The notes beneath the pieces are model-generated. The model saw nothing but the letters and a program-made list of their open reading frames with translations. It had not been told where the DNA came from and searched no databases. From Planctomycetota bacterium (GTDB taxonomy: Bacteria > Planctomycetota > UBA1135 > UBA2386): a DNA stretch of 64,000 nucleotides. The position numbers and the translations under genes are program-made. Position 1 is the stretch's first letter. Each line of letters starts with the position of its first letter. The stretch lies in the NCBI GenBank assembly GCA_016235155.1, contig JACRLW010000056.1, forward strand, positions 4,005-68,004, read 5' to 3'. Shown piece by piece: positions 1 to 10,017 of this stretch.

Positions 1-2721
1 CAGGGCGACGACCGCCGCTTCGCTCGGCGTCGCGCCGCACGCGGACGACGCCCGCTCGAGTGCGTCCCGCGCGCGTGCGACTGCGACCGCGAGCGCGGCC
101 TGCTCCGCTTCGGGCTTCCGGTCCTGCTCGTGCTGCTCCGCGCCATGCCCCTGCTGCGCGGCCGCGCGTCGCTTCTCGATCGCCGGCTCGAGGTACACGG
201 CGCGCCCCGCCTGATCGCGCGCGTCGCTCGGCAGCGGCTGCCACGCCAGGGCGAGCGCAACATCGCGCGCGACCCGGTTCAGGGTCGCGAGCACCCCACG
301 CGGCGTGGCGGTCGGATCGAGCAGGACGTCGGCCGCGCGCACGAGGCGCTGCTGCTCGAGCTCGAGCCGCTGCACGAGGGCCTTCGCGTCGAGTCCGCTG
401 ATCTGCGCTTCGAGCGCGAGGCTGTCGAGCGCCTGCGCGGCGCGCGTCCCGAGCACGAGGGCCTGCGGACCGGTCCCGCCGACGCGCTCCGCCGTGCGCG
501 CGAGCAGCGCGTCGATCTCGGGCAGGCGCGCACGCGCCCGCTCGACGAACACGCTCGAACCTTCCGCGGCGGCGTGCTCGGGCGCGAGCCGGCGCGCGAG
601 GTTCACGAGCCACGAGGCGATGCGGCGTTCGCGCGCGATCAGCTCGTCCTTCATCCGCTCGACGACGCTGAGGGCTTCCGCGCCGCCGTCGACCGCCGCG
701 GCGCGCAGGCGCGTGTGCTGCTGGAGTTCCTGCACGAAGTCCTGCTGCGCGCGCGCGGCGCTGAGGAGCGTCGCGTCGGGCGCCGCCCACAACGCCAGCA
801 CGCCGGTCATCGCGTCGGCCGCGGCGCGGATCGACGTCGCGGCGACGTCGGTCGCGCCGTCGCGCAACGCGGACTCGACGCTCCGCAGCTCGGGATCCAG
901 CGCGACGAGTCCAGCGGAAGCCTCGGCGCGGAACGCCTCGGGCAGGGCCGCACCCTCGTCGGCGAAGTGCTCGCCGCATCGGCCGAGATCGTCGCGCAGA
1001 TCGCGTTGCCGCAGTTCGAGGTCTTCGAGCGCTTCGCCCTGGGCGAGACGCGCGAGCAGGTCGCGCTCGCCGTCGATCAGGGCGGCGAGGTACGCGGAGC
1101 CCTTCTCGGCGGCGCGCGCGTCGCGCTCGGTCTGGCGGTCGCGCTCGCGCCACGCGTCCTCCGTCGCGCGCAACCACCGTGCGAGCTTGTCCTGACGGCG
1201 CGTGACCTCGCCGCCCGCGTCCCCATCGAGCGAGGGAGCATCGAGCGAGGGATCGAGCTGGCGCGCGCGCAGGAGATCGTCGAGCGCGGCTCCGGCGAGT
1301 GCCTGGATCTCCTCGCGCTTGTCCTTCTTCACCGCCGCGACGTCGTCGCCGGCCAACGCGCGCAGGCGTTCCACGCCGAGCATCGCAAGGTTGTGGTGCG
1401 TGCGCGCGCGGAGCTGCTTCTCGCCGCGATCGAGCGCGTCGACGTAGCGCGCTCGCGCCTCGCTCGCGCGCCCGCGCGCCTGGTGAACGCACGCGAGGTC
1501 GTAGGCGAGCAAGGGTCGGTCCTTCCGTTCGTCGCCGAGCGCGAGCAGCGTGGTCTCGGCCTTCTCGTACTCGCCGGCGCGGAACTGCTCGAGCGCGATC
1601 TCCACCTGGTCCGCCTCGCGGCTGCACGCCGTGACCAGCCCGGCGAGGACGAGCAGCGCGATCGCCGACTTCGCGCCGGCGCGCGGCGCCGCCGTCCTCG
1701 ACGTGGTCTCGTTCGCGGCGCGACGCCGCCGGTACGGCGAACGCCCGGCCTGCACGAGCAGCAGGACGAAACCCGGGACGAGGAACCACTGGTATTGCTC
1801 GCGGTGCAGCTTCTCCTGCATCTCCTCGTGCTTGCCGCGGCGCAAGGCGCCGAAGTGCTCGGCGTAGAGATCGGGCAGACGGTGCGCGGCGTCGGGCGGG
1901 ACGTACATCCCCTTGGTCGAGGTCGCGAGTTCCTTCATCAGCGCGTCGTTCAGGCGCGCCGACACCGGCTGGCCGTCCTGCGTGCGGACGATCTTGCCCT
2001 CGATCACGAGCGGCGCGCCTTCGTCGGCGCGGCCCAGGCCGAGCGCGATCACGCGCACGCCCTTCTCGGCGAGACGCTCGGCCGCCGCCTTGGGGAAGGA
2101 CTCCTGGTCGCCGCCGTCGGTGACGAGCAACACGAGCTTGTCGCGGTCGTGACTCGTGTCGAGCATCCGCAGTGCTTCGTCGAGAGCCGGTCCGAGCTTC
2201 GTGCCGCCCCGGCCCACCAGCGCGGGATTGGCGTCGGCGAGAGCGCCGCGGAAGAAGCCGCGATCGAGCGTGAGCGGACAGGTCTGCACGGTCTGACCCG
2301 CGAACAGCAGCAGCCCGACGCGATCGCCCTCCAGCGCGTCGACCAGCCAGGCGATCGCGCTGCGCGCGCGACCGAGACGCGAGTCGCCGGCGTCGTCGGC
2401 GAGCATCGAACGACTGACGTCGAGCGCGACGACGAGGTCGAGTCCGTGCGCCGCGACCGGCCGGTAGACGACGCCCCAACCCGGCGACGCCGCGGCGACG
2501 ATCGCCAGCATCACGCCGCCCAGGAACCACGCGGCCTTCGCCGCGGCCGCGCTCGCGTGGAGCGGCGGCAGGAGGCGCGGGGTCATCGTGCGACCCGCGA
2601 AGCGCTCCGCCGCGCGCGCCACCCCGCGATGCGCGAACACGGCGCTCGCGACGAGGAGCGGGAGCACCCAGGCCAGCCAGAAGGCGGGCGCGTTGTTCCA
2701 GTTCACCTCGGACCAGTTCAT
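1..2721 (-). CDS. BatB-like VWA-domain membrane protein fused to TPR/long helical C-terminal region (partial; 3' end beyond window start)
   Basis: Absent from the ORF track because it has no stop in the window. My minus-strand translation from ATG (2719-2721) stays open for 907 codons to base 1; the 130..3366 + ORF is its antisense shadow. It shows a TM N-terminus, MIDAS motif DLVVALDVSRSM, KLVLLVTDGGDQE, a second TM, then TPR-like FRAGEYEKAETTLL..ARGRASEARARYVDAL. It lies 36 nt downstream of the batA-like gene. Confidence 0.7.
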   Translation of the reverse strand, partial: MNWSEVNWNNAPAFWLAWVLPLLVASAVFAHRGVARAAERFAGRTMTPRLLPPLHASAAAAKAAWFLGGVMLAIVAAASPGWGVVYRPVAAHGLDLVVALDVSRSMLADDAGDSRLGRARSAIAWLVDALEGDRVGLLLFAGQTVQTCPLTLDRGFFRGALADANPALVGRGGTKLGPALDEALRMLDTSHDRDKLVLLVTDGGDQESFPKAAAERLAEKGVRVIALGLGRADEGAPLVIEGKIVRTQDGQPVSARLNDALMKELATSTKGMYVPPDAAHRLPDLYAEHFGALRRGKHEEMQEKLHREQYQWFLVPGFVLLLVQAGRSPYRRRRAANETTSRTAAPRAGAKSAIALLVLAGLVTACSREADQVEIALEQFRAGEYEKAETTLLALGDERKDRPLLAYDLACVHQARGRASEARARYVDALDRGEKQLRARTHHNLAMLGVERLRALAGDDVAAVKKDKREEIQALAGAALDDLLRARQLDPSLDAPSLDGDAGGEVTRRQDKLARWLRATEDAWRERDRQTERDARAAEKGSAYLAALIDGERDLLARLAQGEALEDLELRQRDLRDDLGRCGEHFADEGAALPEAFRAEASAGLVALDPELRSVESALRDGATDVAATSIRAAADAMTGVLALWAAPDATLLSAARAQQDFVQELQQHTRLRAAAVDGGAEALSVVERMKDELIARERRIASWLVNLARRLAPEHAAAEGSSVFVERARARLPEIDALLARTAERVGGTGPQALVLGTRAAQALDSLALEAQISGLDAKALVQRLELEQQRLVRAADVLLDPTATPRGVLATLNRVARDVALALAWQPLPSDARDQAGRAVYLEPAIEKRRAAAQQGHGAEQHEQDRKPEAEQAALAVAVARARDALERASSACGATPSEAAVVAL

Positions 2722-2756
2722 CGGGTTCAGCGTGGCTTCGTGAAGGGTGGCGTCGT

Positions 2757-3608
2757 TCAGGGCAGGCTGCGGAACCGCGTGTCCGACAGGAAGCGATGCA
2801 GGACGAGCATCGCGAGACCGGCGAGGAGGAAGGGCAGGAAGTGCTCGCTCCAGCGCGTGAACAGCCTCGTTTCGATCTGGCTGCGTTCGAGCGCGTCGAT
2901 CTCGCCGGCGGCCTTGGCGAGTTCGGCCGCGGCGCGCGGGCTCGCCTCGCCGATGTTGCTCTCGCCGTCGGACAACAGCACGACGACCTTGCTCTTCGCC
3001 GGCGCGTCGCGCAGGCGGTCGACCGCGACGACGAGCCCGTCGCCGATCGCGGTGCGCAGGAGTTCCTGGGCCGCGGGATCGCGCGGGTCGACGTTCGGCA
3101 TCTGCACGTCCTTCAGGAGGCGCAGCAGCGCTTCGTGGTCGAGCGTGACGGGGCAGTGGCTCTGCACCCAACCCGCGAAACTGACCAGGCCGAGCAGGTC
3201 GGCCGGACGTCCGGGCAGGTCGCCGCCCCGATCGACGAAGTCGGCGACGACGGCCTTCACGACGTCGAGGCGCGTGAGCGCGACGCGATCCCAGGGATCC
3301 GGATCGAGGTCCTGCTCCGCCATCGACTGCGACTTGTCGATCACGAGCTCGATCGCGACGCCGTAGCTCGACACGACACTGTCCTCGCGGCCCGACTGCG
3401 GGCGCGCCATCGCGACGACGAGCGCGAGCAGGCCCATCGCCTCGAGCCAGGGCAAGGCGCGCTTCAGACGCTGCGCGAGCGTGCGCGGCAGGCGTTGCAG
3501 TTCGGCGACGCTCGAGAACAAGAGCGTCGCGCGCCGGCGGCGCCTCAGCGACAGCACGACGAACACGAGCGGCGCGAAGCAGAGCCACCACGGATCGGCG
3601 AGTCTCAT
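2757..3608 (-). CDS. batA: BatA-like VWA-domain membrane protein
   Basis: Last 283 codons of ORF 2757..4055. Start placed at MRLADPWWLCFAPLVFVVL (ATG 3606-3608, ATGA overlap with the upstream stop); the part of the ORF upstream of this is Arg-rich junk. MIDAS 'ELVIDKSQSM', 'KVVVLLSDGESN', C-terminal TM 'FLPFLLAGLAMLVL'. Confidence 0.8.
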   Translation of the reverse strand: MRLADPWWLCFAPLVFVVLSLRRRRRATLLFSSVAELQRLPRTLAQRLKRALPWLEAMGLLALVVAMARPQSGREDSVVSSYGVAIELVIDKSQSMAEQDLDPDPWDRVALTRLDVVKAVVADFVDRGGDLPGRPADLLGLVSFAGWVQSHCPVTLDHEALLRLLKDVQMPNVDPRDPAAQELLRTAIGDGLVVAVDRLRDAPAKSKVVVLLSDGESNIGEASPRAAAELAKAAGEIDALERSQIETRLFTRWSEHFLPFLLAGLAMLVLHRFLSDTRFRSLP

Positions 3609-4609
3609 GCCGCCGCCTCCTCGCCGCGCGGCGAGGCCGCGCACAACGCGCGCGCCGAATCGACCGCGTCGTCGACCTCGCTCGCGCCGGGGACCTGCGC
3701 CGCGAACTTCACGAGATCGGCGGCGGCGAGGAAGCGCGTCAATCCGCTGCGGCGCTCCGGCGGGAACGCGGCGTGGCCGTCCATCGCGCGCAGGAACTCC
3801 TCGGTGGTCTGTTCCGGAGCGTGCACGCCGGTGGTGCGCTCGACGTGGCGCCGCACGATCGCGGTGAGCCGGACGTAGAACTCCGCGGTCCGTCCCTGCT
3901 CGACGAGTCCGGCGGCGAGCAGCGCGTCGATCGCAAGCGTCGCTTCGAGCGACGGGTCGATGACGGGCTCCGCGGCGGCGATCGCGATGCGACGCCGGCT
4001 CCACCACCACGCGATGCCGGCGAGCGCGAGCAGGACGCCGCAACCGACGACCCACGCGATGCGGACCGTGCTGTCGTCGAACGGCATCGCGATCGGCGGC
4101 AACAGCGCGCCGAGTTCGTCGAGACGCGGCTGTTCGCCCGGCGCGAGTCCCGCGACCTCGACTTCGAAGGGCGCGAGTCGGAGTTCGCGCTCGGTCCCGG
4201 CACCCTCGCCGGACGAGGGCCGGAACCGGATCGGCGGAACGCGGCCGATGTTCGGACCGCTGCGTTCCGCTTCGACGCCGAGCACGTACCGCAGCGCACC
4301 GCGCTCCGGACGGCTCTCGTCCTTCTTCTCCCGGATGCGGAAGTGGCCGAGCCGAGCGTCCAACTCGAGCGGCTCGAGCGCGGTGCCCGGTTCGGCAGAG
4401 ACCTCGAGCACGACGCGCAGCCGTTCGCCGAAGCGCGGCGCGACCGGCTCCATCGTCAGCGTGGCCGCGACCGGACCGAGCGACTCCTGCGCGAGCACGC
4501 GCTCCTTCGCCGCGACGGGTGCGGGTGCGGAAGAGTCATCGCCGCAGGCGGCGAGTGCCACGAGCAGCGCGATCGACGGACCGAGCGGTGCGCGCGCCAT
4601 CTCTCTCAC
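3605..4609 (-). CDS. Bat-operon membrane lipoprotein (BatD-like N-terminal domain + DUF4381-like C-terminal domain)
   Basis: ORF 3605..4609. Lipobox-like LLVALAACG; central TM IAWVVGCGVLLALAGIAWWW. The C-terminus 'FYVRLTAIVRRHVE..EQTTEEFLRAM..FLAAADLVKFA' resembles DUF4381 proteins found between DUF58 and BatA. 4-nt overlaps with both neighbours. Confidence 0.6.
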   Translation of the reverse strand: MREMARAPLGPSIALLVALAACGDDSSAPAPVAAKERVLAQESLGPVAATLTMEPVAPRFGERLRVVLEVSAEPGTALEPLELDARLGHFRIREKKDESRPERGALRYVLGVEAERSGPNIGRVPPIRFRPSSGEGAGTERELRLAPFEVEVAGLAPGEQPRLDELGALLPPIAMPFDDSTVRIAWVVGCGVLLALAGIAWWWSRRRIAIAAAEPVIDPSLEATLAIDALLAAGLVEQGRTAEFYVRLTAIVRRHVERTTGVHAPEQTTEEFLRAMDGHAAFPPERRSGLTRFLAAADLVKFAAQVPGASEVDDAVDSARALCAASPRGEEAAA

Positions 4610-5514
4610 CTCGTCGCGCGCCGCTCGCGCATCCGGAAGAAGCGATTCAGGCTCGCCACGTAGCTCTGGTCGGTGCGCACCGCGAGTTCGTCGACCCCGC
4701 TGCGCCGCAGCGAGGTCTGCAAGGCCGCGCGTCGCGACGACGCGCCCTGCGCGAAGAGCTCGCGCACGCGCGGATGACGCGTGTCGACCTCGACGATGCG
4801 CCCGGTCTCCTCGTCCTCGAGCGTGACGAAGCCGACCGGCGGCAACTCGAGTTCGCGGGGATCGGCGACGGTCAGCGCGACGACGTCGTGCCGCGCGTTC
4901 GCGATCCGCAGCGCGCGCTCGTAGCCTTCGTCGAGGAAGTCCGAGATCACGAACACGATCGCCTTGCGGCGCTGCACGCGGCAGACGTACTGCAGCGCCC
5001 CCGCGAGGTCCGTCTCGCCCTGGTGCTCCTGCCCCGGCGCGTCGCTCGGGTCGGCGGCGACGAGCTCGCGGATCAAGCGCCGCGTCGCGGCGCGACCCTT
5101 GCGCGGCGGGAAGTAGCCCTTGATGCCGTCGGCGAACAGAAGGAGCCCGACCTTGTCGTTGTTCTTCTGCGCGCTCAGCATCAGGAGCGCTGCGACCTCC
5201 ATCGTCAGATCGAGCTTGCTGCCGGCCTGGCTGCCGAACAGCCCGCTGCGCGACACGTCGACGACGAACAGGATGGTGAGCTCGCGTTCCTCCGCGAAGC
5301 GCTTCACGTAAGCGTGCCCCGCGCGCGCCGTGACGTTCCAGTCGATCGTGCGGACCTCGTCGCCCGGGCTGTATTCGCGCACCTCGTCGAACTCCACGCC
5401 GCGGCCCTTGAACACCGAGCGGTACGCGCCGGCGAGCAGATCGTCGACCTGCCGGTTCGCGACGATCTGGATGCGCCGGACCTTCCGGACGATCTCTTGG
5501 ACCTCGAGCGCCAT
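4606..5514 (-). CDS. DUF58-family protein (MoxR-associated)
   Basis: ORF 4606..5514. Hallmark 'FDEVREYSPGDEVRTIDWNVTARAGHAYVKRF' and 'ILFVVDVSRS'. Sits between moxR and the bat genes, as in canonical operons. Confidence 0.85.
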   Translation of the reverse strand: MALEVQEIVRKVRRIQIVANRQVDDLLAGAYRSVFKGRGVEFDEVREYSPGDEVRTIDWNVTARAGHAYVKRFAEERELTILFVVDVSRSGLFGSQAGSKLDLTMEVAALLMLSAQKNNDKVGLLLFADGIKGYFPPRKGRAATRRLIRELVAADPSDAPGQEHQGETDLAGALQYVCRVQRRKAIVFVISDFLDEGYERALRIANARHDVVALTVADPRELELPPVGFVTLEDEETGRIVEVDTRHPRVRELFAQGASSRRAALQTSLRRSGVDELAVRTDQSYVASLNRFFRMRERRATR

Positions 5515-5529
5515 CTCAGCCGTCTCGAC

Positions 5530-6461
5530 TCACGGGACCGGCACGCGCGCGAGGACCTTGTCGATCACCGCGTCGCTCGTGATCTCCTCGGCCTCGGCCT
5601 CGTAGCTGAGCAGCACGCGATGGCGCAGCACGTCGTGCGCGACGTCTTTGACGTCCTGCGGCGTGACGAAGCCGCGCCCCTTCAGGAACGCCTGCGCCTG
5701 CGCGGCCTGCGCCAGGTAGATGCTGGCCCGCGTCGACGCGCCGTACTCGATCAAGGGCTTCAGATCGGCGAGCCCCGCGGCGCCCGGGTCGCGCGTCGCG
5801 AACACCAGCGCGATCGCGTACTTCTTCACCTGCTCGTCGACGTAGACCATGCGGACGACGTCCGACGCGGTTTTGAGGTCCTCCGGGCTCACGATCGCGT
5901 GCACCGCGGTCGAGGTGTCGCCGAGCGCCTTGTTGACGACTTCGAGCTCCTGCTCCGCACTGAGGTAGCCGACGTCGACCTTCAGCATGAAGCGGTCGAC
6001 CTGCGCCTCGGGCAGCGGATAGGTGCCCTCCTGTTCGATCGGGTTCTGCGTCGCCATCACGAGGAACGGGCTCGGCAGCGGATAGGTCGTGTCCCCGATC
6101 GTGACCTGTCGCTCCTGCATCGCCTCGAGCAAGGCGCTCTGCACCTTCGACGGCGCGCGGTTGATCTCGTCGGCGAGCAGCAGGTTGGCGAACACCGGCC
6201 CGAGCGAGGCAGATCGGGGGTGAACTGGATGCGCTGGAAGGCGACCTGGATCACCCGCGCGAGCGTGTTGACCAGGGTGGTCTTCGCGAGCCCGGGCACG
6301 CCCTCGAGCAGGACGTGACCGCGACAGAGCATCGCGATCAGGAGTCGGGAGACCAGGTGGTCCTGGCCCACGACGACCTTGTGGACTTCGGAGCGGATAC
6401 GGTCGACCAGAGCGGACTGCTCTGCGACGCGTTCCTTGATGCCGGCGACGTCGACACTCAT
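5530..6461 (-). pseudogene. moxR: MoxR-family AAA+ ATPase, disrupted by internal deletion plus frameshift
   Basis: Two ORFs in different frames. ORF 6057..6461 gives the N-terminus with Walker A '[11 protein letters not shown]' up to 'RIQFTPDL' (ends ~6210). ORF 5530..6195 resumes at '(GP)[32 protein letters not shown]'. AAA_3/MoxR proteins normally have ~20 residues (LPSD..GT....F.F..) between these motifs; here only ~8 nt separate them. Confidence 0.75.
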
Positions 6462-6552
6462 GGCGGAGAGGGGAGCCCGCGGGACAGGCGGGCGAGGTTT
6501 CGCAACGACGCGCGACCTTACCGCGATGCTCCCCGGTCCGTCGACGGCGCAG

Positions 6553-8792
6553 TCACTGCACGCCGAGGATCAGCAGCAGGCCGTTCGACGCGATCACGCC
6601 GAGCGGCGTCAGCGGCGGGCTGTAGGTGAAGGTCTCGGTGACGACGCCGAGTCCGCTGAGGTTCTGCTGGTTGGGAATCGTGAGCGGGACCACGACGGTC
6701 GACGACGGCGTCGCGAAGGGGAAGTCGACCGCGGCGCCCGAACCGTGGGCGAAGCAACCGGGCATGCCGATCGAGGAGAGGTCGACCGGCGGGATCGCCT
6801 GGCCGAACCAGAGCAGCGTCACGCCGCCGCTGGTCCCGGCCGGGACGTTTGCCGTCGACAGGTTGATCGTGGTGCCGATCACCGGACGCGCGCTCGCCGA
6901 GTGGGCGAGGCCGGCGAAGCGCGTCGCGCAGAGCGTGAACGGCGTCGAGAGCGTCGCCGAGAGATCGCGGTTGCCCGGATCGGCCGCGCCGCCGCCGCTG
7001 GTCCAACCGACGACGTAGGCGTTGCCCGCCGCGGTCATCGCGCGCCAGAGGACGTGGACCGTCCCGTTCGGCAGGAACTGGTACTGGAAGGTGTTCTGCC
7101 CGCCGCCGCTGAAGTTCGGCACGTTGACCCAGGTCACGCGCGCCATCGCCGGCGTCGAGTCGAAGATCACCTGGCCGCCGACACCCGGATTGAGGTCGTG
7201 CCAGCACGCCGCCCAGCGCGGCTGCCCGGCGAGGAACGCGGCGACCGTCGGGGTGTACGAGTTGCCGTTGCTCGCGGCCGGCGAGACGAAGCCGTTCGAA
7301 CAGACGATCAACTGGCTGGTCGTGCCGCCCGGATAGGGCAGGCTGAACGGCAGGTTGACCGTCGTCTCGCTGTCGTCGCCGAGCGCGAGCACCGTGCCGG
7401 TCGGCGTGACGTAGGTCCCGGTGCCGGTGCCGACGGTGTACGCGCCGCTGTTCATCGCCATCGTCATCGCGTTGTTCGCGAGGTCGAAGGACGTGGCGGA
7501 CTGGAACTCTTCGTAGAACGAACTCGCGCACGACCCGCACGCCGAACCGATCGAGGTGACGTACGCCGTGGGGATCCCGCTCGGCACCTGGCTCGGCACC
7601 GCGACGTTCGGGGCGCCCGTACCCGGCCGCGCTTCGTCGAGCAGCACCGCGCCGTAGGACGGCGCCACCGAGCAGTCGAACCAGAAGTTGTAGAGCGTGT
7701 TCCACTCGAGCGCGTTGTTCGCGGCGGCGAGGAACGCGAGCTCGTTGCCCGCGCGCGAGACCGTCCACTGGTTGCTGCCGTCGGCGTCGACGTCACGGAA
7801 GCCGACGTTCGTCACGGTCGCCGCGGCGTCGACCGGGACGCGCAGCGACGCACCGCCGCGCGTGTTGTCGAGGTTGTGCACCGCGTACTCGTAGTGCCAC
7901 ATCCCGCTCACCGGACCCGTGACCTTCACCGCGACGAGGAAGCGCCCGTCGTCGTTGCCGTTGCCGCCGGTGTCCCAGGTGGCTCCGGTCCAACGCGTCA
8001 ACACCGAGCCCTGCACGGAGCTCCCGGTCGCCGACGCGTTCCAGGCGCTGCCGTTCCACGAGAAGGTCATCGGCCGGTTCTGCACGTTGTTCGCGCGGTT
8101 GCCGACCGGCTCGCCGCGGATGACGAGCTGCACCTGCCCGTAGAAGCTGCCCGCGATCGCGAGTTCGCTCTCGCGCACTTCGAGGCGGTTCTTCACGACG
8201 TCGAAGGCGTTGACCATCGCCGAGGTCAGCGAACGGACGCCGTCGGTCGCGGCCGCACCGCTCACCGCCGGATCACCGCGGTCGAAGTAGCTGCCGACGG
8301 GATTCCAGGACCCGAGCCAGGGATCGATCTCGGTGCTCGGCGCCAGGTAGTAGCGGTTGCTGTTGATGCCGCTCGAGTACGTGTCGGAGCAGCCGACGTA
8401 GAAGAACTGTCCCCCCGCGCTGTTGCACGGCGCGCACGGCCCGCTGCTGAAGTTGTAGGGCGTGACCGAGTGCTTGAGGAAGCTGCGCCCCGAGACCTGC
8501 ACCATCCGCCCGCCGCTCTCGCGCGCGATCTGGGGTAGTTGTCGAACATGAACTGCCCGTTCGAACTCACCCACGGGATGTTGACCGTCCCGGTGTTGCA
8601 GTACGAGTGACCGATCACCATGCCGGCCTCGCCGTTCGGGTAGGCCGCGCCGCGGCGGCCGTAGTACGAGATGTCGGTGACCTCGTAGACGCGGGCATCG
8701 GTGCCCGGGATGGCGTTGCTCTGGGCGAAGACGCGCGGAGCGACGAGCGGAGTCGCGAGCAGGAGGGCGAGAGCGAGCGGGTGGGTTCGCAT
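6553..8792 (-). pseudogene. Large secreted protein of unknown function with shared C-terminal module; single-base frameshift
   Basis: ORF 8262..8792 supplies the signal peptide MRTHPLALALLLATPLVAPRVFAQ and ~85 sensible residues ending '..GQFMFDNYP'. ORF 6553..8850 (other frame) becomes sensible at 'QIARESGGRMVQVSG..'. The junction is a 4-nt homopolymer (gggg on + strand, ~8532-8535); one more base would fuse them into ~746 aa. Could be a sequencing error rather than true decay. Confidence 0.7.
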
Positions 8793-8976
8793 GGGGCCGG
8801 GATGCTAGCGAACCCGCCCCGTACTCAGGTCCGCGGCCGGCCGAGCGCACCGCGGTGGATCGGGGGCCCGCGGAGGGGAGACGTATTCATTGGGGCCTCG
8901 CGCGCGACTCGGCGCCGGCGGCCCCATCACCCGGGCAAATCGCCCGACTCCCGCCCCGCTCCGGCGCGCGTCGAGC

Positions 8977-9963
8977 TCAGCCCGAGAAGTGCCGCAACTT
9001 GGCGAGCACCGTCGCCAACGCCTTCGGCAGCGGGGCTTCGGCGCGGAGCGGCGCGCCGCCATCCGGCGCGGGCATCTCGACCGACGCCGCGTGCAGGAAG
9101 AAGTGCGCGAGCAGCGGCTTCTCGGTCAGGCCCTTGCGCGCCTTGAAGCCGCGCTTGAGCGACGACAGCAGCACCGGTCCCGACGCGCCGTAGTCGACGT
9201 CGCCCGCGATCGGGTGACCGACCGCGCGCAGGTGCACGCGGATCTGATGACCGCGCCCGGTGAGCGGGAGGCAGCGCACGAGCGTGTGCGCCTTGAAGCG
9301 TTCGACGACCTCGAGTCCGGTGATCGCCTCGCGCGCGCCTTTCGCGTCGGGCTTGACGACGATCACCTTGCCCGGCCGGCGCGGATCGGGACCGAGCCAC
9401 CTGGTGACGGTCACGCGGTCGTCGTTCATCACGCCCTCGACGAGTGCGTGGTACTCCTTGCGCACGGTGCGCGCGCGCAGCTGCTCGTCGATCCAGCGCG
9501 CGCCGTGCAGGCCCTTCGCGAGGACCAGGCATCCCGACGTGAAGCGGTCGAGGCGATGCGCGATGCGCAGGTCGTCGTCGGGGCGCAACGCGGCGAGCAG
9601 GCCGTGAACGCCCTGCGTCCGCCCCGCGCGATCGGGAACGCAGGGCAGTCCGGCCGGCTTGTCGACGACCAGCGCGAAGTCGGTCTCCGCGAGCACCGGC
9701 AGGTCCGCGACGCCGAACGCGGTTTCGGAGACGCGTCGTCGCGAGACGTCCGGCGTCCCGTCCGCATCGACGAGCACGACGTCGCCCGCGCGCAGCTTCT
9801 GACCCGGCGTCGCCGCCACCCCGTTCACCGTCGCCTGCCCGTCGCGCACGAGCCGCCGCAACGCCTTGCGATCCGCGCCCGGCCAGGCGCGCTCGAGGTA
9901 GTCGGCCAGACGGACCCCGGAGAGTCCGTCCTCGACGACGAGGGTTGCGGTGGGTGCGCGCAC
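8977..9963 (-). CDS. RluA-family pseudouridine synthase (RluD-like)
   Basis: Last 328 codons of ORF 8977..11022. Start set at GTG 9961-9963 ('VRAPTATLVVEDG') because the sequence further upstream is antisense to the helicase gene. Catalytic motif 'LRIAHRLDRFTSGCLVLAK', 'GRGHQIRVHL'. Confidence 0.8.
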   Translation of the reverse strand: MRAPTATLVVEDGLSGVRLADYLERAWPGADRKALRRLVRDGQATVNGVAATPGQKLRAGDVVLVDADGTPDVSRRRVSETAFGVADLPVLAETDFALVVDKPAGLPCVPDRAGRTQGVHGLLAALRPDDDLRIAHRLDRFTSGCLVLAKGLHGARWIDEQLRARTVRKEYHALVEGVMNDDRVTVTRWLGPDPRRPGKVIVVKPDAKGAREAITGLEVVERFKAHTLVRCLPLTGRGHQIRVHLRAVGHPIAGDVDYGASGPVLLSSLKRGFKARKGLTEKPLLAHFFLHAASVEMPAPDGGAPLRAEAPLPKALATVLAKLRHFSG

Positions 9964-10017
9964 GCGGATCGGAGCTGCGAAGGGCGGGGCAGCATAGCGA
10001 GCGGTTCGCCGCCAACT

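Noticed and set aside
130-3366. 1078-aa plus-strand ORF covering the left end of the window
   Set aside because: Arg/Glu/Gly/Ala-rich with no motifs. It is exactly antisense to the BatA/BatB-like genes, whose translations show clear VWA/MIDAS motifs. This is a typical high-GC shadow ORF.
1-6461. MoxR-VWA genes as an NTP-dependent conflict (vWA-MoxR ternary) system
   Set aside because: The gene order MoxR-DUF58-DUF4381-like-BatA-BatB/TPR is the canonical Bat/aerotolerance-type operon. No effector or beta-propeller partner typical of the conflict versions is present.
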